Below, in pieces: positions 28,268 through 37,980 of a stretch of DNA of 64,000 nucleotides; the first letter of the stretch is position 1, and each line of letters begins with the position of its first letter. Source of the DNA: a virus; the IMG/VR virus record IMGVR_UViG_3300035670_000059, positions 1 through 64,000 of that record; one strand, written 5' to 3'. The notes under the pieces are model-generated. The model was not told the origin of the DNA. It ran no database searches and saw only the letters and a list, made by a program, of their open reading frames with translations. The position numbers and the translations under genes were made by a program.

Positions 28268-29068
28268 ATGATTAGTTTAATGCAATTGCTAAAAGAAGTA
28301 CAAGGCAACCCCAAAGCAATAATTTTAGCGGGTGCACCAGGTGCGGGTAAAGGATTTATCTTAAAGGGTCTAGATTTAGGCGGATTAAAAGTCTTTAATC
28401 TAGACAATACTTTTGTAGACTTACTAAAACAAGCCAATATTTCTTTAGATTTAAAATCTCTTGGCCCCGAAGATAGAAGTGCAGCAGCTCAAGCAATGGT
28501 TCAAGCAACAACCAAACTAAAAAAAGAAACTATCCCACAAGCCATAGCTAATCAAGAATCATTTATATTAGATGGTACAGCTTCATCAGTTAAACAAACA
28601 AGTGAACTAAAATCTGAATTGGAAAATGCAGGATATGAAGTATTTATGCTATATGTTTATACTGATTTAGAACGTTCACTACAACAAAACCAAGATAGAT
28701 TTGAAAAATCTGGAGGCACCGATAGAAGCCTAGCCCCAGCTATTGTATTACGTACTTGGGCTGAGGTAACTAAAAATTACGATACTTACAAGTCAATGTT
28801 TGGTAATAATTTTGTATCGGTAGCTAATACTTTAAAGGATGAAAAGTTAAAAGATTTAGAATCTATTGTAGACAAATATCTTAGACCATTTACACCTAAA
28901 GATACTAAAGAAAAAGATCCTAAAGCACAAGCTCGAGCTAAAAAAGCAAAAGAACAATTAAATCAAGAAGTATCTGCTTTATTGCAAGACGAAGGGGTAG
29001 CTAATATAATTAACAATTCTGTTTCTAAGGAAGAAGCACAATCTAAAATACAACAATTCTTATCTTAA
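28268..29068 (+). CDS. P-loop kinase (zeta-toxin/AAA_33-like) with cargo-type leader
   Basis: GAPGAGKG, FILDGT, N-terminal MISLMQLLKE. Confidence 0.75.
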   Translation: MISLMQLLKEVQGNPKAIILAGAPGAGKGFILKGLDLGGLKVFNLDNTFVDLLKQANISLDLKSLGPEDRSAAAQAMVQATTKLKKETIPQAIANQESFILDGTASSVKQTSELKSELENAGYEVFMLYVYTDLERSLQQNQDRFEKSGGTDRSLAPAIVLRTWAEVTKNYDTYKSMFGNNFVSVANTLKDEKLKDLESIVDKYLRPFTPKDTKEKDPKAQARAKKAKEQLNQEVSALLQDEGVANIINNSVSKEEAQSKIQQFLS

Positions 29069-31101
29069 TGAATTCACTAGTAAAGGAAATAGTTAAAAAC
29101 TTACTACCCGAAGAGGAAAAAAAACAAACCACCGCACTATATGCAGGTGGTTTTAAACCTCCCACTGCGGGCCACTTTGATGTTGTTAAAGAAGCACTTA
29201 GACAAAACCCAGAAATAGATGAATTTATAATTTTTGTAGGTTCCAAAGAACGTGACGGTGTATCGCAAGATGAATCTTTATTGATTTGGGAGATATATAA
29301 CAAATATCTACCATTTAAGGTTAAAATAGAACCTAGTTCTTTACCACCAATTAAAGCAGTATATGATTTTGCAAAAGATCATCCCACAAGAGAAATATTG
29401 TGGATTTTAGGTGCTAGAGAAGATAATGAACAAGACTTTACTGATATTGGTTCACGCACCAAATCTATAACTAACTACCCAAACATTGAGGCTAGAACTA
29501 TTATAACAAAAGGTAGAGTATCAGGTACAGCTGCTAGAAATGCTTCTAAAGTATCATTTGAAAAATTTGAACCATTCCTACCTAGTGTTTTAACACCTGA
29601 AGAAAAACAGGAAGTATATCAAATAGTATCTGGTAAAATACAAGAAAATGATCCTAAAGTGGGCACCGGAAAAAAACCTAAAGGATCAGGTAGAAGATTA
29701 TACACAGATGAAGATCCTACAGATACTGTAAGTGTTAAATTTTCTACTAAACAAGACATTATAGATACTTTTAATAAAGCATCATTTAAATCCAAATCTC
29801 ATGCTCGCCAGTCTCAAATTATAAATTTGGTGCATCAAAGAGTAAGAGCAGCTTATGATAGAGCTAAAGATCCTGACGTAAAAAAACGCTTGAAAATAGC
29901 TTTAGACTATGCTGAACAAAGAAAAGAAGCATCCAAGGAAAAAACACAACGCTTGAAAGACCAAAAAGAAAATATAGATCCAAAATCTCAAGCTAAGCAT
30001 AAAGGTAAAGCTGCACCTTATGGTTCAGGATACAGTAAATTACAACTTGATGAAAATGCTTCATATTCTAACCATATTGATTATAAGCAAAAAATCAAGG
30101 CATTAACCAAACATATGATGGATAAAGGGATGAATATTGTTCCTTTACCTAAAGTAGTATTTAAACATGGAGATGAAGAAAATGCAAAACAATTTCTAGG
30201 TAAAACAGCTTACTATGACCCCGAAGCTATGGAAATTGTGTTGTATACAGAAGGTCGTCATCCCAAAGATATAGTACGATCATTTTCTCATGAAATGATT
30301 CACCACATCCAAAATTTAGAAGGTAGATTAGGTAATGTAGCTACAACTAATACATTAGAAGATGACCATCTAGATAAACTAGAACAAGAAGCTAATCTAA
30401 ACGGAACAATGACATTTAGAAATTGGACCGATAGTTTAAATGAAGCAATAGTTGGAAATAAAATTGTATGTGATAATTGTGGCTGGAGTTGGAATATAGA
30501 AGATGGGGGAAAAAATTTATTTGTATGTCATAAATGTGGACATGACAATGCCCATTTAAATGAAAAGAAATCTAAAGACCCATTCGGTCTAAACGCATAT
30601 GCTATGGAATTAGCCCGTTTAAGGGAAGAAGAAACAGAATACACAATATATTGCGATATGGATAGTGTATTAGTTGATTTTGATCGTGGATATCAAGAAT
30701 TAACAGGCATGACTAGCCAACAAGCGGATGCTAATGGAGTAGAAGCATTTTGGGATCCAATCTCTAAAGCAGGAGCTAAATTTTGGATCACATTACAATG
30801 GATGCCAGATGGAAAACAACTATGGAACTATATTAAAAAATATAATCCAATATTATTGTCTGCCCCATCACGCGAAGAATCTTCTAAATTGGGTAAAAGA
30901 GTTTGGGTAAAGCGAGAACTACCTGGTGTAAAACTTATTTTAAAATATGCTGCCCAAAAACAGGAATATGCTTCTCCAACTTCTATTCTAATAGATGATA
31001 GACAAAAAAATATAGACCAATGGGAAGCAGCAGGGGGAATTGGTATCTTACACACTAGCACCCCTAATACTATTAAACAGTTACAACAACTAGGACTATG
31101 A
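29068..31101 (+). CDS. multidomain polyprotein: nucleotidyltransferase + basic domain + HExxH metallopeptidase-like + Zn ribbon + HAD 5'-nucleotidase-like
   Basis: GGFKPPTAGH/SGTAAR; HEMIHH; CDNC..CHKC; YCDMDSVLVDF..LIDDR. Confidence 0.8.
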   Translation: MNSLVKEIVKNLLPEEEKKQTTALYAGGFKPPTAGHFDVVKEALRQNPEIDEFIIFVGSKERDGVSQDESLLIWEIYNKYLPFKVKIEPSSLPPIKAVYDFAKDHPTREILWILGAREDNEQDFTDIGSRTKSITNYPNIEARTIITKGRVSGTAARNASKVSFEKFEPFLPSVLTPEEKQEVYQIVSGKIQENDPKVGTGKKPKGSGRRLYTDEDPTDTVSVKFSTKQDIIDTFNKASFKSKSHARQSQIINLVHQRVRAAYDRAKDPDVKKRLKIALDYAEQRKEASKEKTQRLKDQKENIDPKSQAKHKGKAAPYGSGYSKLQLDENASYSNHIDYKQKIKALTKHMMDKGMNIVPLPKVVFKHGDEENAKQFLGKTAYYDPEAMEIVLYTEGRHPKDIVRSFSHEMIHHIQNLEGRLGNVATTNTLEDDHLDKLEQEANLNGTMTFRNWTDSLNEAIVGNKIVCDNCGWSWNIEDGGKNLFVCHKCGHDNAHLNEKKSKDPFGLNAYAMELARLREEETEYTIYCDMDSVLVDFDRGYQELTGMTSQQADANGVEAFWDPISKAGAKFWITLQWMPDGKQLWNYIKKYNPILLSAPSREESSKLGKRVWVKRELPGVKLILKYAAQKQEYASPTSILIDDRQKNIDQWEAAGGIGILHTSTPNTIKQLQQLGL

Positions 31102-31673
31102 GTAAAGAATCAATTTTAAAGAAAGACTTCCAGGAAAAAGACGTACAACGTCTCCGCAATCTTGTACAAGGCAAGTATGGAGAAAAAACCCGCTCAAGCG
31201 TTGGTTTTTCCCAAAAAGAAGAATTTCATAGCGAAGGAGATATATGGGAAGCAGAAGGTAGAACATGGACTATTAAAGATGGCATCAGACAAAACCTAAC
31301 CAAATTTGATAAAGCCAAAAAATACCACGTAATGCCTTTATTGTGCCCTAGTTGCAATAAAGTGATGAAAAATCGTAACGATAAACCATTTTATAACATA
31401 CATAAAATGTGTTTTAATTGTGTTATTGATATGGAAGCAAGGCTAAGAAAAGAAGGCAAGTGGGAAGAATACGAAAACAACATTCACAACAACGAAATAG
31501 AAAATAAAATTATAGAGTACAAATTGTGGATTGAAGAAAAATTAAGTGAAAGCAACAATTCTTTTGTTTCCGAAGACGGAGATGTTGAAAATTGGAGGGG
31601 TAAAATAAATGTAGAACTAGTAAATAACAGTGTAGAAGAAGTGGTTAAATATTTAGAATCGCTTAAAAGGTAG
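31098..31673 (+). CDS. Zn-finger hypothetical protein
   Basis: CPSC..H..CFNC. Confidence 0.75.
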   Translation: MSKESILKKDFQEKDVQRLRNLVQGKYGEKTRSSVGFSQKEEFHSEGDIWEAEGRTWTIKDGIRQNLTKFDKAKKYHVMPLLCPSCNKVMKNRNDKPFYNIHKMCFNCVIDMEARLRKEGKWEEYENNIHNNEIENKIIEYKLWIEEKLSESNNSFVSEDGDVENWRGKINVELVNNSVEEVVKYLESLKR

Positions 31674-31704
31674 TTCTGCATATTTATAACATATACATAA
31701 TATT

Positions 31705-32004
31705 ATGAAAGATAATTTTGACATCCACAAATGGAATTTAGAACGTTACTTAAACGAAAGCCAAGAACGTGAACAGACAAACGAAAACCAAGAAAGTAAA
31801 CAGACAGCAGTAGATTGGTTGATTGGACAATTAAACAAGTCAGGATTTGCTCAAGTTGTAACAGATGAAGAAATTAAACAAGCCAAAGAGATGGAGAAGG
31901 AGCAGATAATGAATTCTTATGAACAAGGTATAAAGGATGATGATGGATACGGTGGTTATATTTCAAATTCAGAAAATTACTATAACCAAACTTACGGTAA
32001 ATAA
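31705..32004 (+). CDS. hypothetical protein, cargo-type leader fused to KQTAVDWL..QAKEMEKEQI domain
   Basis: TATTTATA at 31681; YLNE site. Confidence 0.7.
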   Translation: MKDNFDIHKWNLERYLNESQEREQTNENQESKQTAVDWLIGQLNKSGFAQVVTDEEIKQAKEMEKEQIMNSYEQGIKDDDGYGGYISNSENYYNQTYGK

Positions 32005-32061
32005 AATAAGACATGTCTCTGAACGAAAACTAATTTTAATATTTATAAATAAAATATAACC

Positions 32062-32676
32062 ATGAGCGATTTTAACTATATTGAGTATCTAAAAAATAAC
32101 CCATTACTTAAGGGTGAAAAAACTCAATCCACAAAATTAATTACTGAAGCACAAGAAGACACAATCGATAGCTTACAAAAAGCAGCTGATGACACTTCTA
32201 AAATGCCAGCAGATAGAGATGAAGCAAGGAATAAAATGTATGCTATGAAAAAAGCTAAGATGAAAGTATCTGAGCTTAAAGCTAAAATCCGTGAAGAAAT
32301 TCTCTCTACTTTAAGCGAAGAAGAGGATTACGAGAAAATGGGACGCGAAGTAGAATATGGTATTTTCCCTGGATCTGAAGAAGATGAATTATCACCTGAA
32401 GAAATGATGGGTGATATGGAAGATATGGAAGATATGCCAATTGATGAAGCTAAAGGAGACGAAGAAGAAGCACCAGCAGAAGAAGAAATGGATGCTGAAG
32501 TAAACGTTGACGTTGAAGCAGCTCCTGCTCAAGGCTTATCAGCTGAAGAACAAGAAATCCAAAATAGCTTAAAAATCGCTTACGACAATGCTGCTGCTAT
32601 TGGCGATCAAAAACTAGCTGATCAAATTGGTAACTCTATTACTTTCTTTACTAGAACACACATAGTAGAAAGATAA
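32062..32676 (+). CDS. acidic putative internal head protein
   Basis: TATTTATA at 32040; LITE, IREE, LSEE, IDE sites. Confidence 0.7.
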   Translation: MSDFNYIEYLKNNPLLKGEKTQSTKLITEAQEDTIDSLQKAADDTSKMPADRDEARNKMYAMKKAKMKVSELKAKIREEILSTLSEEEDYEKMGREVEYGIFPGSEEDELSPEEMMGDMEDMEDMPIDEAKGDEEEAPAEEEMDAEVNVDVEAAPAQGLSAEEQEIQNSLKIAYDNAAAIGDQKLADQIGNSITFFTRTHIVER

Positions 32677-32677
32677 T

Positions 32678-33907
32678 ATGCTTAACGAGCGTAAACTTAC
32701 CAAAAATGAACTAGGCCAAAGAGATATTGCTCTTAAGGGTCTAGTTAAAAACAAACGCTCATTGGTTAAAAAATATGGTAAGGACGCAGAAAAAGTTATG
32801 TACGGAATAGCAACAAAACAAGCAAAACAGAAACAAGAAGCCATGAATCTAGAAAATCTCAAAAGCATGATAGAAGCTGCTCTTAAGAACCCAGATAAAG
32901 CCGATCTTAACAAAGACGGTAAATTATCTGATTATGAAGAGAAAAGAGGAGCAGCCATAGAAAAAGCTATGGTTAAAGAAGAAGAACAACCCGATGCAAT
33001 CGATACTGTAACATTAGATGTTCCTTTATTTATCCGTATGCTAGAATATGCTAAAGAGGAAGCAGCCGATGACATGGACTTACATGAATTAGCTACCAAA
33101 ACTATTGCTTTAAGTAAACAAAGAGGTATCTTATCTATGGAAGATTACGATACTTTAATCCCACCTGCAGATCAAATAGATGAAAATGTAGATGATATGG
33201 CTAAGGTATATTGGATGCAACAACTTAAACAAGGTAAAATAGACAAACTTCCAGATGATCCTAAAGAAGCATTTCTACAACAGATGATGAAAGATCAAAT
33301 GGATCATGATAAAGAAACTTTACGTAGAGAACGTGGTTTGGAAGAAGATTTAGATGTAGGACATCAAGATGATGAGCCAAACATGTTAAAATCTGATTTA
33401 TACCGTATAGTAAAGTATGGTATGGAACTATACCAAATGATGGATAAGTATGATGATATGCCTGGTGAAGTTGATTTTCCACATTGGTGGCAGTCTAAAG
33501 TAACTAAAGCTAAAGATATGATTGCTTCTGCTCACCACTATTTACAAGGTGAAGAGCAAGTAGCTCAAATCGATGCTATGATGATGGAAGAAAAATCTGA
33601 TGAGCTAAAAAAAGGTGATAAAGTATCACACAACAATATAGAAAAAGTAATTAAAAAAATAGTAGGTTCACACGCACTAGTACAAAAAGCTGAAAAAGAA
33701 AAAGGTGAATTTACAGACCCCACAGTTGAAAAAGTAGCAACCCACAAGTTAAAGAAACTTGAAGAATTAATTAGAGAAAAACTTACCGCAAAAACACCAA
33801 TGAAAAAATACATTGAAGATTTTGCTAAAAGTGATGCCCCACAATTCAAAGGCAAATCTAAAGAAAAAAAACGTGAAATGGCAATAGCTGCTAAATTATC
33901 CAAATAA
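32678..33907 (+). CDS. modular putative internal head polyprotein
   Basis: Short modules (EF-hand-like DLNKDGKLSDYE, SH3-like KGDKV) separated by VKEE/IDE/LEE/IRE. Confidence 0.7.
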   Translation: MLNERKLTKNELGQRDIALKGLVKNKRSLVKKYGKDAEKVMYGIATKQAKQKQEAMNLENLKSMIEAALKNPDKADLNKDGKLSDYEEKRGAAIEKAMVKEEEQPDAIDTVTLDVPLFIRMLEYAKEEAADDMDLHELATKTIALSKQRGILSMEDYDTLIPPADQIDENVDDMAKVYWMQQLKQGKIDKLPDDPKEAFLQQMMKDQMDHDKETLRRERGLEEDLDVGHQDDEPNMLKSDLYRIVKYGMELYQMMDKYDDMPGEVDFPHWWQSKVTKAKDMIASAHHYLQGEEQVAQIDAMMMEEKSDELKKGDKVSHNNIEKVIKKIVGSHALVQKAEKEKGEFTDPTVEKVATHKLKKLEELIREKLTAKTPMKKYIEDFAKSDAPQFKGKSKEKKREMAIAAKLSK

Positions 33908-34362
33908 TGACAGCATCAGAATTACGAGATAGAATAAAATTGCTTGTAAAACAAGTATACAAGGAAAAAACTAAATCTGATGATGCTGCCTTAGCATACG
34001 ATGAATTGGTTAAATTTCCTGAACTTAAAGCTGTTATCGTATCTTTGCTTACCCCTGATTTTGATAAATTCCTAGAATCTGTAGATTGGGTAGCACCTCG
34101 TCCTTCAACATTTAGAGTAAATCTTTTAAACGGTGAAAATTTTGTACTATTCTATGATCCAAGAAGTTGGATAGCTCAAGTGGAAGGTAAAAAATACTAC
34201 CTGTTAAATCTCGATGAAGAAGAAATGGCTGCCAAATCTGTATCCCGTATCTTAACTTACGGAGGTAAAACCGCAACAGGAGCAGGAGCAGATGTAGATG
34301 GAGCAGAAGAAATACCACCTGCAGAAGAAACAACACCTGAAGAAACCCCAGCTGGAGTATAA
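33907..34362 (+). CDS. putative internal head protein
   Basis: MTASELRDRIKLLVKQVYKE leader; coupled start. Confidence 0.7.
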   Translation: MTASELRDRIKLLVKQVYKEKTKSDDAALAYDELVKFPELKAVIVSLLTPDFDKFLESVDWVAPRPSTFRVNLLNGENFVLFYDPRSWIAQVEGKKYYLLNLDEEEMAAKSVSRILTYGGKTATGAGADVDGAEEIPPAEETTPEETPAGV

Positions 34363-35516
34363 TGGATATATTTGATAAATTTTTTAAGAAATTTGCATAC
34401 AAATTCGATAAAGGATATCCTGACATGAACAATAGTCAGGATGTTTTGTTATTGGAATTGTTGTTTGAAAATTTAGGTGTTGAAATTTCATTAAACGAGG
34501 AAGTACCTAACAAACCCCAAACTATAAAGGCAGTACAAAAAATTGTGGATACTGTAGGAGACAAGTACAATTTGTTTGCTATGAAAAGTAAACCAAACCG
34601 AATTGGTTCTATTGGTAAACAACCTGAAAGTGTGTTTGTGCAGGCATTTAAAGATACATTTGGTGAAGATATAGACATAAAAGTATTCCCTCCAAGACAA
34701 GGAAAAAACCCAAGTGGTACTTTTAATATGTACCAATTTAAAGCCGGTGATTTAGGTGAAGTAAATATACTTGTAAGCCGAAGTGAACCGGGTGGAGCTG
34801 GTAAATCTAATGAAGCAATATTCATTGATACACTAAATAAACTTATTAAACAAGCAGAAGGATCCGCTACAATTGTAATTAAATCCCCTGAATATACTGA
34901 AACGTTTAACAATATTGATAAAGTTGAAGATTCATCTAAAATGGGAGCAAGTAAAGGTGCTAAATCTGATGCTCAATTTTTATCTAATGGTGAAGTTAAA
35001 GCTAATATTTCACTAAAACAAGATGGAGGATTTAGATGGGCTTCGGTTGCTAAAGATGAAAAAGAATTTATTGACCGATTCCAAGCTAAAGCACTAGATG
35101 GGCAAATACCAGGTCTAAGATTAATTGATAACCCTGATGTTCCCGGTAAATACTTAATGGCAAAATCAGAAACAGGTGAGAGAATATCTAAGATAGTAAT
35201 ACCAGATTTTATTGATGCTGATGAAGATAAATCTAATAAATTAATATTTGGAGAAGAAAATCCAAAAGTAATTGTAGTAAGTAGAACATGGAAAGAAAGT
35301 GATTTTTCCTTAAGCGGAGATACCATTACAGTTCAAGCTACTCATATCTATAAAACATTAGACGATGTTATAAAAGCAGGTCTAGCTCCAGTATTTACAA
35401 TTGCTCAACATCAAAATAAACCAATTGGTTTAGATTATAGAATATATCCCGCTAATATGGCTAAAATTGGTCCTAGAGCTAGTGGATTAGAATTATCAGT
35501 TAAAGACGTAATATAA
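34362..35516 (+). CDS. putative packaged PD-(D/E)XK (restriction-endonuclease-like) protein
   Basis: Leader ending SLNEE; E..KSDAQF..NISLK catalytic-like motif. Confidence 0.55.
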   Translation: MDIFDKFFKKFAYKFDKGYPDMNNSQDVLLLELLFENLGVEISLNEEVPNKPQTIKAVQKIVDTVGDKYNLFAMKSKPNRIGSIGKQPESVFVQAFKDTFGEDIDIKVFPPRQGKNPSGTFNMYQFKAGDLGEVNILVSRSEPGGAGKSNEAIFIDTLNKLIKQAEGSATIVIKSPEYTETFNNIDKVEDSSKMGASKGAKSDAQFLSNGEVKANISLKQDGGFRWASVAKDEKEFIDRFQAKALDGQIPGLRLIDNPDVPGKYLMAKSETGERISKIVIPDFIDADEDKSNKLIFGEENPKVIVVSRTWKESDFSLSGDTITVQATHIYKTLDDVIKAGLAPVFTIAQHQNKPIGLDYRIYPANMAKIGPRASGLELSVKDVI

Positions 35517-35520
35517 AAAT

Positions 35521-36297
35521 ATGTGTAGCTGCGGATGTAATACTTGCGAAACTAAAATAACAGGGCCTTTACTTACAGAAGGTAAAGTAAAATCTTTACT
35601 ATCCGAAGGCCTACAATACCATATAGATAAACAAATACCTTTATTTGAAACAGTATATCGTATAGGTTCAGAAAAACATTTATCGTTAATCAAAGAAGCC
35701 CGCAAGATGTATTCTCGCGGCATTATTGATTTGTGTGAAGATGATGAACATTTAATCAAAACTCATTTAGGAGAATTTGGTTTATTCTATGAAATCGAAA
35801 TAGGAGATAAAGTAAAAGCAAGTAAAGAATATGGTGGTCTATCAGGTGAGGTAGTGAACATTAAAGGTTCATTTGTGGTAGTTAAAACTAAAGAAGGCAA
35901 CCAATCCTACCACGAATCTGACTTAATTGCTTTGAATAAAGAGGGAGAAAGCGTACCTTTAGATCTACCGATGCTAGAAGAAGATGAAGTAACTGAAGCT
36001 GAGTTTAGGGGTAAAGATGTTCCACTAAACAAACCAAAGCGTGGTGGAAGTAAAAAATTCTATGTTTACGTAAAAAATCCTAAAACTAAACGCGTAAAAA
36101 AAGTATCTTTTGGTGCTGCGGGTGGTGGGCAAAGTTTAAAAGTTAAAATACGAGACTCTAAAGCACGTAAAGCATTTGCTGCTCGTCATAGATGTTCAAG
36201 TAAAAAAGATAGAACAAGTTCTGGATATTGGAGCTGTAATCTACCAAGATATGCTCAAGCTTTAGGATTAGGTGCAAACATGAATACTTTCTGGTAA
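35521..36297 (+). CDS. modular putative internal head protein (SH3/KOW-like and basic C-terminal domains)
   Basis: LLTE, LLSE, VTE sites; IGDKV..GEVV; KKVSFG..AFAARHRC..YWSC. Confidence 0.7.
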   Translation: MCSCGCNTCETKITGPLLTEGKVKSLLSEGLQYHIDKQIPLFETVYRIGSEKHLSLIKEARKMYSRGIIDLCEDDEHLIKTHLGEFGLFYEIEIGDKVKASKEYGGLSGEVVNIKGSFVVVKTKEGNQSYHESDLIALNKEGESVPLDLPMLEEDEVTEAEFRGKDVPLNKPKRGGSKKFYVYVKNPKTKRVKKVSFGAAGGGQSLKVKIRDSKARKAFAARHRCSSKKDRTSSGYWSCNLPRYAQALGLGANMNTFW

Positions 36298-36298
36298 G

Positions 36299-37015
36299 AT
36301 GTCATACAATAGAACATATCAAATAAGCGGAGAAGCAGGTTTAGACACTACAATCACTCCTCAAGCAGATCTCATCTCAGATATTCGCTCAATTGAGGGA
36401 ATAACGATTGTAACATTCACCCCTAAAAACGAGGCAGATAGTGCAGCGAGCAATCCAAACCACGTTGGTATATTAAGTATAAAATTTGATACTTTTCCAT
36501 TCACCGAATTTGATAAAGATACTCAAATAAAAATTTTAGTTGATACAATTCGTAAAATGCCAGGTGTAAATTTCTTTAGAGCAAGCCAAGTAAATATACT
36601 AGAAACTCGATTAAAGTCGTTAGTTAAAGAAATGCTTTTGGAAAAAAAAACCAAAAGAGATAGATGCTTGCGTATAGCAGACCGCAAATTTGATAAACCT
36701 TCTGCTTACAAATCTGGAGCCGTAGTACGATGCCGTCAAGGTAAAATATGGAAAGGCGTTAAAGAAGAAATTGAATTTTTAAGCGAAGCAGAAAAAGAAA
36801 CACTACGTACATGGTTCAAACGCCAAGGTGCTCCAGGTAAAACAGGTGGTTGGGTAGATTGCAATTCTCCTATTCGCAAAGATGGAGAAATAGTAGGGTA
36901 CAAACCTTGTGGACGCCAAAAAGGTGAAGAACGAGCAAAGTATCCATCTTGTAGACCAACAGCTTCTAGATGTAAAGATAAAGGTAAAGGTAAAACATGG
37001 GGAAAAACAAAATAA
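36299..37015 (+). CDS. modular putative internal head protein with basic Cys-containing domains
   Basis: MLLE, VKEE, LSE sites; SAYKSGAVVRCR; GGWVDC..KPCGR..YPSCRP. Confidence 0.7.
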   Translation: MSYNRTYQISGEAGLDTTITPQADLISDIRSIEGITIVTFTPKNEADSAASNPNHVGILSIKFDTFPFTEFDKDTQIKILVDTIRKMPGVNFFRASQVNILETRLKSLVKEMLLEKKTKRDRCLRIADRKFDKPSAYKSGAVVRCRQGKIWKGVKEEIEFLSEAEKETLRTWFKRQGAPGKTGGWVDCNSPIRKDGEIVGYKPCGRQKGEERAKYPSCRPTASRCKDKGKGKTWGKTK

Positions 37016-37428
37016 TGAAACTACTTGACATATTAAACGAGGTAGAGCTAAACGAATGTCCTGCTCCAACCCAAAACATAGCACTTAACCTTGAGAATAG
37101 ACAGAAAGCTATTAACGAATATGGATACGGACCTCTAAATCCAAACGAACCAAACGAAAAGTTTTGGCAAGCCAAAGTGGATATGTGGAAGTTGGATTCG
37201 GCCGAAGAAGCTAAAAAATCACTATGCGGCAACTGTGCTGCTTTCGACATTACAACTAAAACACTAGATTGCATTGCTAAAGGAATAGGTAGTGATGGTG
37301 GAACAGAAGATCCATTTGATGTAATCGATGCCGGAAAATTAGGGTATTGTCGATTTTTGAAATTCAAATGCGCTGCGGCCCGAACATGCGATGCTTGGGT
37401 TGTTGGTGGTCCTTTAACAGATGACTAA
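37015..37428 (+). CDS. Cys-rich protein with HiPIP-like cysteine pattern and cargo-type leader
   Basis: ATG at 37015 (MKLLDILNEVELNE); CGNC..GYC..C....CDAW. Confidence 0.65.
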   Translation: MKLLDILNEVELNECPAPTQNIALNLENRQKAINEYGYGPLNPNEPNEKFWQAKVDMWKLDSAEEAKKSLCGNCAAFDITTKTLDCIAKGIGSDGGTEDPFDVIDAGKLGYCRFLKFKCAAARTCDAWVVGGPLTDD

Positions 37429-37699
37429 CCCATATACAAACACACCAATTACCCAAACTTCAGTTATACGAGAATTTAGTTCTGAAGTAGATCCAATGGA
37501 GCTAGTTTGGCACCAAGATGAAGAAGATCGTACTATTGAAATATTAGAGGGAGAAGGTTGGCAATTACAAAGAGATAATGAGTTGCCCTTGGTGCTTCAA
37601 AAAGGAGATATTATATTTATACCGGAATATCAAATACACAGAGTAATTAAAGGCAATACAAATTTAAAAATACAAATAACAAAACAATGGCGCAATTGA
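37421..37699 (+). CDS. cupin-fold protein
   Basis: WHQDEEDR..GDIIFIPEYQIHRV. Confidence 0.75.
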   Translation: MTNPYTNTPITQTSVIREFSSEVDPMELVWHQDEEDRTIEILEGEGWQLQRDNELPLVLQKGDIIFIPEYQIHRVIKGNTNLKIQITKQWRN

Positions 37700-37914
37700 A
37701 TAAACAGCTTAACAGAATGCAAGAACTTGCAGGAATTAATGTTAGTAACCCCGTAACTAAATTAATTGAAATTTTACAACAAGCTATAAAATTAGCGGAT
37801 GAAAATATTGATAAAGCTGATAATTTTGACTTAGTAGATTTTTCTCAAACTCTTGAAAAATATGTTAGTGAATTGAACGAAATAGGAAGTTTTGAAACTT
37901 CCATGCAAGAATAG
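37687..37914 (+). CDS. small protein with scaffold-like RMQELAGI leader
   Basis: Motif shared with scaffold C-terminus; TATTTATA at 37614. Confidence 0.7.
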   Translation: MAQLNKQLNRMQELAGINVSNPVTKLIEILQQAIKLADENIDKADNFDLVDFSQTLEKYVSELNEIGSFETSMQE

Positions 37915-37925
37915 TAATACCTAAT

Positions 37926-37970
37926 AACATACAGACCGATTCATAGCCGGTCGCTCGAAAGAGACAAAAA
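37926..37970 (+). repeat. 45-bp direct repeat, copy 1
   Basis: AACATACAGACCGATTCATAGCCGGTCGCTCGAAAGAGACAAAAA identical to 38565-38609. Confidence 0.95.
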
Positions 37971-37980
37971 TAACAAAACA

